A DNA stretch of 63,149 nucleotides, the filler included, from Kipferlia bialata (Eukaryota): assembly GCA_003568945.1 (NCBI GenBank). It is 5 parts of 4 records of this genome, joined end to end, with 100 filler letters (N's around TTAATTAATTAA, not from the genome) between each part and the next. Parts side by side here need not be neighbours in the genome. Positions count along the whole stretch, not along the records: positions 1 to 29,293 come from BDIP01000069.1; 4 more parts are not named here. One strand, given 5' to 3'. The notes beneath the pieces are model-generated. The model was not told the origin of the DNA. It worked only from the letters and a program-made list of their open reading frames with translations, and did no database searches. This document shows, in pieces, positions 13,608 through 26,500 of this stretch (its first letter is position 1; each line of letters starts with the position of its first letter). The translations under genes were made by a program, and so were the position numbers.

Positions 13608-16351
13608 TTACACCGACACATATGAGGATGGATGCAGTGCCACCCTCGGTACCAGGCTATACACAACCACTACACACACACTCAGAGCCACAACTACCCA
13701 CTCTAGATACCCAGCCACGTGTGGGTAGAGGGCAAAAACTCCCCTAGTGTGAGAGCCTTCAGTATGCATAAGTGTGTCTGAATGGATATATATACACTCG
13801 GCACTATATGTATACACATGAGAGTAAGTTTACCTATTGGCGGGCACTTCCATTGTAACTATATGGTTCTCCTCCTTCTCCATGGACTCTGAGTAGTCGA
13901 GAGAGACGCGCCCATAGGGGTCCAACACCATACTGAGGGTGAGTGAAGTGTGTTCATTTCTATCTTCTTAATCGCAGATAGAGTCCATACCTCCTTCCCC
14001 CCTTGACGAATCTCAGGTACGCAGATCCGTTCTCGCACGCCCTAGCTAGTATACCAGGGGTCTCAGTGTCTAGCACTGCACAGTGAGAAGAGCAATGGGA
14101 GGTAACATTCATGTTGAATAGTGGTAAACACACACACATACAGGAATGCACGTATATATGCACAGTGCATTCATACCTGTGACTGGGTCGTATGATGGGC
14201 TGAGAATGATGTCTGCCCCCAATCTCCCTGCCTCCGCCACTAGACTAGGAAAGGCACCGTCGTTGCAGATGACGCAGCTGGAGTCAGACACTTAGGCTAG
14301 ATGCTCTTCTTGAAAACACTATGTCGCAGCTACGCATATTAGCTTAGTGACTACATGCTCAAACTGTACCTAATCCTGCCGAAGGGTGTATCCACTACTG
14401 TGGGTGGCTCAGCCTCAGAGGTGTCCAGAGTCTCCAGCCCTAGCGGTCAGGCCCATTCATATATTCAAGAGATGAACCAACAACATACCTGACGCCGCCT
14501 TGTTCTTTGTATATACCATCTGTCTCTGCCCCATAGGGTCAAACAACCAGAACTGATTGGTCACTGTTGAGTCATCAGCACCACTGTCATATATGTACCC
14601 TGCCACTCCGAGGTATACCCCGCCCTCCCTTGCGATCTCAGAGTAGGCAGCAACGGCAGCGTCTGAGGTGAGGATATCCCACCCTATCTGACGAAAATGT
14701 TCCTGTCAAAAGCCTCCATTATAACGCGAACAACCGGACTCCCAACTGACCTTCGACCTCTTTGTATATAGAGAAGGCGCACTCCCTCTGGAGGACCATA
14801 TCGACATCAGGAGACACAGCTGGGGTGGGATACCAGATATATACGCTAGAGGACACGTTGCTGTTAAGATACTGAAACTGATTCTGAATTCAATAATCCT
14901 GATTCATGTACCTGTTGCTGTTTCCTCCAGGTTAAGTGCAAACCCTTCCGGTGTACACGCAGAGGCGGCATCTGTGCTGGTGAGAAAGTAATCACAACCT
15001 AATGTTGTATTAAGTGCTTAGAATAGACGACGCCCCCACTAACCAGATGTAAACACGCCTGCCACTGTCATATAGGGTGGGGGGTCAGACCAGGAAGCCC
15101 TGAGAGTTAGGCAATAATATATGTATGGTAATGAGTGTCAGTGTAGCAGTGTACCTGGCTGCCATATTTCCAATTGCATCTTGAACTACAAGTGCAATAA
15201 GGACAGCTGTTATCCATCCAATCAGCACCCTGGCAGGGATCCCTCCTTCCACTATTTGCTTAGGTTGGCAAATCTCAGAAATAGGACTTGTTTTGTCCTC
15301 ATTGAAGTTGTTTGTGGATGTAATATTGCCTGCTGCACTCCCCATTCTCTTCGCACTGGTCTCTGTGAGGCATAATGGTGGAAGGTGACTGGCCAGAATA
15401 CCGGACAGAACCAGTAGCACATAGCATGGGAGGAGACTGCCACCTGGTGTCAGACAATGGTGTTTCCAATTGGCATAGGGAGCTCTCCAATACATTATAT
15501 TATATATGGTACTTTGAGACGTGAAAACGCAGAATATATAGCACTCTACCTAGATGAGTCTACTTGTACCACTCAATACTCAAACACCCAACTACAATCA
15601 AACACTCCCACATACCTACATTGAGTGCCAGCCACACTGTCTGATAGTTGTGCATGAACATGGTTGTTGGGGAGCCTGCAGCGCCATATGGAGAGAAGAA
15701 ACTATAAGTGAGAAGACTAGGTGGAGGCAGTTGTTGGTAAGTTATTAACTGAACAATACCAGTATATCCACTATGTTGTGTGAACTAGGACTCCAATACT
15801 CTCCTGTCCGTACCTGAATAGCCACCAACAGGACAGGAAGTGCAGGGGGGCAAGGTGAACATAGACTGTTTGGGATTTCAGACACGCCGTGGCATAACAC
15901 AGCTGACTATCAGACACAGTGCGGGCTTACTAATGCACTACAAAAGAAAGTACACATACAATACATCTGCCTATACACTCATAGCTCAGTTATGGGTGGT
16001 TAGCAGTCTTACCTTGTCCATGATCAATGGCACGGTGGCACTCAGGAGGTAGAAGGGTATCTGTGCCACAAGGCAGAGCAGGGAGGTGGGGGGTGACCAG
16101 TGGTCAGGGTCAGCAGGGGGGAGGAGGGGGGCAGCGAGGAAGTCATACTGGCGTGAGAGAAGAGATGGAGTAGTGGAGGGAATATGGGTAGGGGACATTC
16201 TTCAATAAGAATGACACAGTAATCATATAGAGTTTGGGGGGGAGGGGGTTGAAAGAGAGAGAGGGAGAGTTCCATCATACTAGACAGAGACTATGACCCA
16301 CCGATGAGGCAAAGTACACCAGATACTGAAGGATGGCAAGGAGAGGGAGCT
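13608..16351 (-). CDS. Membrane-bound carbon-nitrogen hydrolase (nitrilase superfamily), apolipoprotein N-acyltransferase (Lnt)-like; 5' end lost in gap
   Basis: Hydrophobic N-terminal exons (LPLLAILQYLVYF; LLCLVAQIPFYLLS; FFSPYGAAGS; LIGWITAVLIALVV). Catalytic triad contexts: VDMVLQRECAF (Glu), MVYTKNKAA (Lys), SCVICNDGAFPSLVAEAGRLGADIILSPSYD (Cys). Then ARACENGSAYLR, VLDPYGRV and a C-terminal helix ALYPHVAGYLEWVVVALSVCVVVV; stop at 13608-13610. Confidence 0.8.
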
Positions 16352-16968
16352 TAGACCACGATATGTGTCTGGGGGTGGGATAAGTGTGTGTTGGGGCGGG
16401 GGGGGGGGGGGGGGGGGAGAAAAAGAAAGACAAAAAAANNNNNNNNNNNNNNNNNNNNNNNNNNNNNNNNNNNNNNNNNNNNNNNNNNNNNNNNNNNNNN
16501 NNNNNNNNNNNNNNNNNNNNNNNNNNNNNNNNNNNNNNNNNNNNNNNNNNNNNNNNNNNNNNNNNNNNNNNNNNNNNNNNNNNNNNNNNNNNNNNNNNNN
16601 NNNNNNNNNNNNNNNNNNNNNNNNNNNNNNNNNNNNNNNNNNNNNNNNNNNNNNNNNNNNNNNNNNNNNNNNNNNNNNNNNNNNNNNNNNNNNNNNNNNN
16701 NNNNNNNNNNNNNNNNNNTTGTCTTTTTTTATCTCTAAACACCCCCCCCCCCCCCCACACACACACCCACGCTCTCTCTTCTACTGGTGGCCTAGTGCCC
16801 AGTGAAGTGAGTCTCCCTGTCTCTAACCCTCCTCCCCCTCACACTTTCTCTCTCTCTCTCTGATCTACATATCTCCCTCTCTCTGATTTTCCCTCCCAAG
16901 CCCTGACTATATAACTTTGATAGGAATATCCCCCCCCCCTCTCTCTCTCTCTGTCTCCGACCCCCAGG

Positions 16969-19914
16969 CACTCTGCCTATGCATACTCCACCACCCTCAT
17001 TGATGGGGAGTTGTATGTACTCGGAGGTAGGGCCTGCATTATATCATATTCAGTATTCATATATTCAGATGGTCTTAGTAAGATGCGTGGTTACATTGGT
17101 TGACCCCAGGCATGTGTGCACTCATTAGCACAGCATAAGGGTACAGTTGTATATATATGAGTGTGTTGGTGGATACAGATGGATATGTATATTTCTATTG
17201 ACCCTAGGCATGTGTGCTCTCAATGGCCAGATGGCCAACCTACGCACCATGCATGTGTTCACAGTGGAGACACGGCAGTGGTGGACACTGCCCATTCCCA
17301 CAGGTATTATAAATATATACATTGTAATTACTGTATATCTATATGTATTGGTGCATGCGATGTTTGGCACCGTGTCCTGTACTCATAGTCAGGCAAGGTA
17401 GCCAAGAAGCACCCCTGGCCCCCTGGTCTGTACATTGAGACAGCCATCAACCTAGAAGGGCATCTGGTGGTGCTGGGCCTGGATATGGTATGGACCACAA
17501 CTATCTCTCACTCAGTCTCTCTTCAGTCTATATCCTTAGTGTTTCAATATTGCATATCTTGTAATACTCTAACCCTAGTCCATGCGTCGTATGGTCATGT
17601 GGAAGTACACCCCTCAGTCCAAGATATCGGTGGAACAGGCACCCGTCAAGGTATATGTGTCTGTGCGTATATACAAGAGTGGTATAGTTGTATATGTACT
17701 TTATGTACTCGTAATGAGTTATATACTAACCCTCAAGCCCAAGAGGGTCAGTAACAGTTCTCCACTATGTATATCATATTTGCTTTGTACTTATGCCCAG
17801 ACCAAGCCTACCAGAAGGGTCAGTATTATGTATGTGAACTGATGTATATATATCCTTACATCCCAGGCCAAGCCTACCAAAAGAGTCAGGAGCAGGGCAC
17901 CCAGGGGGAAGAAGAGGGCGGTGGAGAAGGTATGAGTCATCAATCCTACTCCTTGACTAGAATCTTGCTGATATGTGAATACATATACAGAATGTATTTC
18001 ATTTGTGTGTGTTAGTGTGTCTCACCCCCAGGACACCTGGATCCATGGTGAGTGGGAGGAGATCGCTCCTCCTGCCATACAACGCGAGATAGAGGCCGTG
18101 GTGGTGAGTATTATACGTAGTGTATTAGCCTCCTAAATTCAATGAGTGTCATCCCATCCTAGGATATATCTCTTATACCCAGGTCCAGGGAGAGACCATT
18201 GTGTTTGACAAGCCATCAAAGAGGATAGCTAGGTTGGTACATGATTATTATCTCTATCCTCCCAATATACACTTCACAACACTAGATATCTATATTTCTC
18301 TTTCCTCGCGGTCTCTCTGGTTATGTGATACGACCCTTTGTTTTCAAATATTCACCCCAGATGGTTCCCCTGTGGTGTGTCCGGTGCCGTCGATACCTAT
18401 GCCATACCGGATGCCCCCACTGAGGAGGGGGTTGAGGCCCCCACCAGAATCAACAGAAGCAGGGTACCCAGACCCATATCATACTCAGACCCAGGTATAT
18501 GTATCGAGTATATATTTGTAGTGTTTGCATTGATATGCATCATCAGTGAAGTACTCATACACGTGACAAGGTAACCAATACTCATATCATACTCAGACCC
18601 AGGTCTGTATCAGTCTATAGAGTGTCACACAGTTATATACTATTCACTATATAAACTATAACTAAACTATATAGTCTATATCAGGTTTAGAAATCAATTA
18701 CACATTAACTGATATTTGTACTGACATCTAGCTAATGCAGTGTATATATATTCTATACATACTAATTACTGACAAGCAGGTGCCGCCAACCGTCGCGAGA
18801 CTAAGGGAATGGGGGAGCCCTTGCCGTTCCCGGTATGTGAAGGAATTCAACTCGACTAATTGTGAGTTTCTTCATTCATATCAAGACACTGTGTACTCAC
18901 CTCTAGATCCCTAAGGGCAGACACGACCCCTCCCTAATGGCAGTGGGGCACAGGATGGTGGTGACAATGTGGGACCACGGGGAGGGTGGGTTGTATATAT
19001 ATATCATACATGTATACATATATAGTGTACTATACAGGTTTTTATACACAGGATGTTGGTGACAATGTGGGGCCACGGGGAGGGTTAGTGGTACGAATAC
19101 TTGTCATATTCATATATATATATCACTTTGTTATAATGTGGGGCCACGGGGATGGTTTGTGTATATTCAGTGTCATTCACGTATGTGGTAATATTGTACT
19201 CTTCAGTATCTGTAACAGTTCTCATGTCAGGTGAGATGAGTGACCCTGACAACTACGATGAGCCTGCTGAGTATCCGGACGAGACATGGGACGACAGGTG
19301 AGATGTATCACATAGCATACTTGGTGTGATATCATGTGTGTGCTATATAGTAGTATTGTTATATATTGTTCCCACTGACCAAAGGTACCGCAGGGAGGCA
19401 CAGAGAGGCCCTCCTCTGAGGAGGACCCATGCCTATAACATACTGACCAAGGAGTGGGAGGACTGGGGAGTCACGGGGGAGAGTCACCCAGGTATATATG
19501 TGCATGGTATAGTATATATAGTATACATGGTGTATACCGACTCGGAGGACTAAGGGGGATAGTCACCCAGGTGATATGATTATATGTGAAATAGTATGTC
19601 CTTTGTGGTATCTTCCTCATCTAGGCGTGACCCATGGTCAGATGTGCCGCATTGGTCCCCATGCCTGTCTCTGTGTGGAGCACCAGAGGCTGCCACACCA
19701 CATCGGAGTGTACGTATGTCACATACACTCTAGTCTAACATCAATACTCTGTAATTCTGCGTGGGCATATGCACATGATAGTTATCTTCTATTTCCTCCA
19801 CACCCAGTTGATATGCTAGTCAAGAGTGTCATATGCCCTGACCCCAGTCTTGAGGACGCGGTGCCTCTCTTCTCCTTCCAGTACCTGCACCCAGAGGACA
19901 CAGGGCATGTATAA
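16969..19914 (+). CDS. Kelch-repeat (beta-propeller) protein, multi-exon; 5' end near or in the gap
   Basis: Exons give AYAYSTTLIDGELYVLGG, MHVFTVETRQWWTLPIP, IETAINLEGHLVVLG, IPKGRHDPSLMAVGHRMVVTMW, THAYNILTKEWEDWG. The last exon ends ...HPEDTGHV* at 19912-19914 (terminal frame less certain). Confidence 0.7.
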
Positions 19915-20542
19915 CCAGTGACATTTCGTTACATGTATGATGGAAGTGGCAGTACAGCCAGAGGGCACGGGGGTCTAGTGGGTTGCCTTGTCATGTACTT
20001 ATATTATCAAGCACTGTACACATGGTATTGCAGTCATAAATGTGTATGTTCGGGCCGATGCTTCCAATGTACCACACTCTTTTGACAGACGACATCGGTA
20101 TATTATAAGTACCACACTGTGTCATATTAGATGTGACAGACAGAGTTGTATCCCCACTACATGGAAGTTCTATTAGCAATCACTTGGATACAATGGGATT
20201 ATGATTATGTCCTCTCTTGTGTCAAAACGTGTCTCTGAATCAACCTGTAGCCGTGACGATAATACCGGTACCTTCCATACTGGCAGTAATCAGACAAGAG
20301 GAGTATATTACTCAGGGTTATACCCTGGTGATGATCACTGTGATCATTGGTCTTATTGGAATCTCCCCCTTACAGTTGTCTTTCCCCTGGGTATTGGTCC
20401 TTCTGATAACAACAAATATTGATCTTACAAGGAATATTTACAAGTTGAATATTGATCTTATTAATACAAGCAATAATTATTGTAATAATACAGTCAGATT
20501 AGACAAAAATATGTTTGATGTGGGGTTGACAGAGAAAATACC

Positions 20543-23500
20543 TTCCCATCATTTCCAAGGCCCGCATGTTCTTGGGAGGTGGGACAAATACTGGATCAGG
20601 GGGTGCATCATCCATCTGCAGTAAGGAATTCTAGTTCAACATGAACACTATTTGGTACTTGAATATGACTCATATTATTAACTAGGATTCCGCGGCAGAA
20701 TTGCTGACCAATATACAACTGTCACACTTACCAGCTCCTGCATTCTGGTGGCCACTTCTTGGGCAGTAGCACGCTCAGCAGGGTTCTTCTGGAGGGTTAT
20801 ATGCGTCACGAAGAGGAAGTCGACAATAGCTCTACTGAGCAACGAAAGAGAAAGCATAGTAAATATCACTTAAGAGACGTCATCATCCCCCTACCTGCAA
20901 CATCGAGTTGATAAGCTCAGCCAGTCCCTGGGACCCCGTCTGAGCGGCCGTCAGGGTGCTGATATAAGGTCATATAGCAATGTTAAAACTATATCAAGAG
21001 AACACATGCGTATACGGAGCCCTTCCTTCCGAAACCAAAATATTCGTATTGGAGCGTTGACAAGTATATCCTGGAATGCGACAGTACATCGGCTAGTGTA
21101 CGTACTCGAATCTGTATGGGTTGCCTGGCTCAAGTGCATCTAAGAAGGGTAATGTATCGTCAAGGTCAGAACACCTGGGGTAAAGGATAGTCAGGAATAC
21201 TGCTCGAAGACATGCTCATATCCAAGTTGTATGTGTATCTATCACCCATTGCAACATCGTTCCTACGCTATTGTGATCATAAAACATCTCACACAACACC
21301 AACCTTAATAACAGAGGTGCCATTACCCATTGGTGGTGCACTAGCTGGGGGTCAGACACATCACTCTAAACCGCGTTGACACATATATGCTTCACTCGTA
21401 CCTGACTGAATATGAGCCCCACCGACCACACATCAGCTGAGTTCCCGATAGGGGCCATTGGTAGGCCTACACTGTTCTTGGCCCAGCACTGAGGAGTGAG
21501 ATTGAACTAACATTGGTTGATAATGAGTAGAATAGAAATATAGAGAGTCCTGATGGAAACACTCAATTGACCATCAGTCTCCATGTGGAATTTTAACTCA
21601 GAATAATAGACATTAATACTGTAGTCCATACCTCTGGTGCCATGTACAGTCTGTTGCCGACGCCAATAGAGTTCGTAAGGGGGTTCTGAAAATGAGGTTG
21701 TTATCAATACGAAGATGAGTGACCACACATGCAGCGAGTCCAACAACACATCCGCAGGTATGACTACTGTGTACTCACCGTAGAGTCCACCAGCTTGCAG
21801 AGCCCAAGGTTCACCAGCTTGACATTGCCTGCATCGTCTACCATGATATTGTCAGGCTAGGGTCAGTGGCAATATGTCGACGACTACTATGACTCAAGCA
21901 CTGAGAGAATACACTTGGCTATATGATTAGTTCACCCTTACCCTGATGTCCCTGTGGATGACACCAGCCTCATTAAGAGCCACCAGGGCAAGGGACAGCT
22001 GACGGTGAGTATCCATAGGATACAGAGAAGCTACGTGGTGTGAAATGTATTGTGGTACTCTGCTAGATGTACCTGGTGCATGATGGACAGGAGGTAGGGC
22101 ACAGGCTGGTCCGGGCCCCTGAGGTAAGAGACCTGATTCTGTTTGGACCTATATCCAAAAGAGAGAATCAACAATAAGACTCGAATTATTCAATTCATAC
22201 ATCACACAAATGACGATACCTGTTCATGTTTCTGTCGATGTATTCCTGGAGGTTCTCACCTGAGGTCAATGATAGTAATACATCAATGAAAATCAGCAGA
22301 ATCTTATGAATGCTTATGAAGGTGAAGAGTATAAATATGTCATTGTATCAATCTCACTCACCCTTGACAAACTCCATGACAATCACCATCTGATTGGGAG
22401 TGTCAGTGTTGCGGAAGTGCCGCAGAATCCTGGTATTGGGGATAATACAATAGCGCTCTTCACACACAACAATATTTGCAAAACAAGTATATATCCACAT
22501 ACTTGATGACGTATGGCGAGTTGATGGGATGGTACTGAGCCACTGCGAGTTCTCTGCGCAGGTTACGCTGGCGCTGCAGGAACTCAATTCCTGAGAGTGA
22601 GATAGCCTATGTTTTTCAACAGCTATAACTTCACGGTTGAGAATGGCCACATACTGTGAGGTACATGCATTTTGACAATTGGGTCATCATACCCTCAAGT
22701 GTCTCCTGGAACTCCTCAAACTCTTCAGCTGTCATGGTGGTCCTGGGGTCCTGGACATAAGCCAATACGATAGAACTATAACACATGACACACTCCAGAA
22801 TGGATGCTACATTTACCACTCTTCACAAATAGTAATCTGTCATAAATGTTTGCTACACCTAACTGATAAATACTCACCCAGTCTCTCTTTGTCGATATGT
22901 CACAGATGCGCTGGAACTTGACTGCGACAATCATACCAGAGGCATACTCAGTGGCCTGGACATTAGAGATAGAAACACTAGCATACCACAGACACCAACA
23001 TAGAATCATAGAAGCGAGACAGTGACATACTCAGTGGCCTGGTAGTAGGCGATAAACAGTAACTATATGTATCTAATCAATAATCAATGATACTCAATTG
23101 TACCAAACCATAATGGTGGAACATGATATGTGGCCTTGACATCACTGTGACAGATATACCTGGAACACACTTCCAAAGGACATTCGTATTAGATAGAGAC
23201 TTACTAGTATACCACAGTCACCTATATAGAAGTATCGGAGGAGAGAGACACATAGAAGAGAACTTCTCTCACATGCCTGAATACATACCTGGAACACCAT
23301 TCCAAACCCACTACTGCCAACGAACTGCTCCAGTCGGTACAGGGCCTAGAATGAGTGGGAGATACAAGATGCTTGATGAGAATTCAGAGGACTTGGAAAT
23401 ATGTAGGTACACCGAAAGAGTATCACTATGTGTATACACGTGTAAACTATGGTTGATTACCACCTTAAATGAGAGACTCTCATGTAACTCAGGGTCAGAG

Positions 23501-26500
23501 AGTGAACCGACGAGTGTGCGCTGTGTCAGTGTACCCAGGTCTCTGGGTGAAGCATCCACCTGTCATCAACTAAGGACCCGAAGAGCACATATACATGTAC
23601 ACATACATAAGGATAGAGACTCAAAAGGAGTAACTAAATGTCTTAATGCCCAACTTACCAGCTTCTCGCATGGAGAGCTTACCAGCTCCTCGATTGGGGA
23701 GCTAACCAGCTCATGCATTCTCCTTGCCAAGCTATGTACTGGTATCCGATGAGTAGGGCTCTTCTGAGGGTCAGAATTTATCAACGACACCAACTGAAAT
23801 CCCTATCACCACAAGATAACCCTCAATCGAAATGTAACCATAGGACATTGTAGAGTACATATCACCTGCAGCATGGAGTTGATGATATCAGCCAGTTCTT
23901 GGGACCCAGTGTGTCGGGCTGTCACAGTGCTGAAATATGAGAAAAAAAATTACTATCGACCATCGACAATCGACTATAACTTATAGTCTATAAGCACACA
24001 TACTGGAGAGAGAGAAATCTAGTAATCAAACGTCTGTTACAACAAGAGACGGGCTGTCATTGTGTAAGAAGGACGTACTCGAATCGGTATGGATTGGATG
24101 GGCTCAGGGCCTCAATGAGGGGTTGTAATGTGGGTCTGGAGTGAGAAAATACAATACTCTTGTCCATAGTAGAGAACCGTAATACACTACCATCACACCC
24201 AGGGACTGTATGCGCAGACCGATAGGTCATACCTAGATATCAGTGGTGACATCACCCATCTGTGGTGCACAAGCTTAGGGGTCAGAAACGGTTCACAGTA
24301 CAACAGCAAAATGGATCAACCCTCCCTGCCATATAATAATGAATTCAAATGGCGGGAGAGTGGCCATACATACCATGACACATATATAACATGTCTGATA
24401 CCTGGCTGAATATGAGACCAATGGACCACACGTCCTGTGAGTTCCCTATGTCAGCCATAGGGTCACCGAGGCTATTCTTGAGGTATGCCCCACCACCGTC
24501 CCAGCACTGCAGAGTCAGTGTCTAAAAAGTATACTAGAGACTAAAAGGAAATATTCAAGCGATGTGGCAAGACTTATGTAAGGCTTGGATTCAAGGTAAG
24601 ACACTTTCAATAGATAACAATCACATACTGGCACACATAACATATCCCTACTGAAAGAATGGTCAGAGGTACGAAATTTGGGTTCACCTACATATATGGT
24701 ATACATTACTACGTACTCTACTAAACTCACCTCTGGTGCTCTGTATAGCATGTTGCCCACTCCTAATGAGTGTGTAAGAGGGTTCTGGTGTTAGAAAATT
24801 TCATTCAAACGGATTACTCTATATATCATCTTTGGTTAGAAATTAGCCTGACCGTAGAGTCCACCATCTTGCTGAGACCAAGGTCCACCAGCTTCACATT
24901 GCCTGCATCGTCTACCATGATGTTGTCAGGCTGGGGTCAGTGGCAAAGAGTGAGCATAGTATATCAGTACCCTAGACTACTGAGCCTTAACCACTAGAAA
25001 ATACACATAGGAGTATATTACAGCATTAAGGAATCAGAAATATTTCATTAATTATGTAATGTATATTCTTGATTCGTTATAAACAAATGAACAATACATG
25101 TGTATAGTGTATCATATATTCCACCGAAAGAATATATATATGACATTTAGTGCTGATCTCCTTTACCTTGATGTCCCTGTGGATGATGCCGGCTTCCTTC
25201 AGATCCACCAGGGCAAGGGTCAGCTGGGTGTAAATAGAAGGGATGGATGCAAACTAGTATGTCTTGCTGATATAAACTCAAATTTCCTGAACAAGGATTG
25301 CTGTCGGTTAGCAAGAAGGCGAACATTGATGTAGAGGGGCAGTCACTTTGGGATTCATATATACGCATATATGTGTATATATAATTATATCTGCATTAAT
25401 ATAACGGTGGCAAGAATGAATGTAAGAAGCACCAAGTCACTTTCAAGAGAAGTGACACAGCAGAGTGTAGGAATCGATGATATACCTGGTGCATGATAGA
25501 CAGTAGTTCCGGCACTGGCTGCGTTGGAGACCTAGGGTGAGATAACCAGAGGGTGAGAATACCAGAATACAACATGTGTGAGGCTGTACTATCATGTGTT
25601 TATAGAGCAGCATGAAACACATATATGACAAATATGCATCATAGTACCTAGTCATATGCCTATCGATGTAGGTCTGGAGATTCTCGCCTGATATAAGATC
25701 ATATATTCAGTGTTGCCTTCCTAGTTGTCACCAAAGAGTGAATACAGAGTAGATACAGCTGGCTACTACACTGTCTTACCCTTGACAAACTCCATGACAA
25801 TCACCATCTGATTGAGAGTGTCAGTGTTGCGAAAGTGCCTCAGAATCCTGACGTCAGAGATCTTTGGGGTCGTTTCACAGCTCTGCCTATGCAATTCCAC
25901 AGAACAGAGAGATTACCACTCACTTGATGACGTAAGGCGAGTCAATTGGGTGGCTCTGGGCTACTGCGAGTTCTCTGCGCAGGTTACGTTGACGAAAACG
26001 AAACTCAATGCCTGACAGTGAGGAGCAGAACAAAATACATGAGAATTACAATCCCATGGTATCCTCAAATGTGCTGTACCCTCGTGTGTCTGCAGGAACA
26101 CCTCATACTCTGCGTCAGTCATGGTGGTCCTGGGGTCCTGGGTATTAGGGCTAGTTGGCCTCGTTACTAGAAGAATACATACTATTATCAATTAATGACA
26201 CAACACATACGAACCCAATTGGGCCTCCTAGTAATCCCACAGATGTATTGGAATTTGACTGCGACAGTCTCACGAGTGCGAATGTCATTAGCCTGGTGTC
26301 AACAGAACAATGTTCAAGGAGGAAAAAGGTATCATTCAGTGGATATTGGATGGTATCCTGTGTAATTATATTTCCAGTATCAATTATAGTTCTGTACCTG
26401 ATAGACACTTCCAAACACACCCTTCCCAAGGAACGGTCCTAGCTCATAGAGAGCCTGAATATGAGGATGAAACAACTTCTATAGATAATAGCAGTCATGA

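Noticed and set aside
115..16351. Bacterial contamination as the source of the bacterial-like genes
   Set aside because: All four genes are interrupted by host-type spliceosomal introns with the same acceptor motif as the neighbouring genes.
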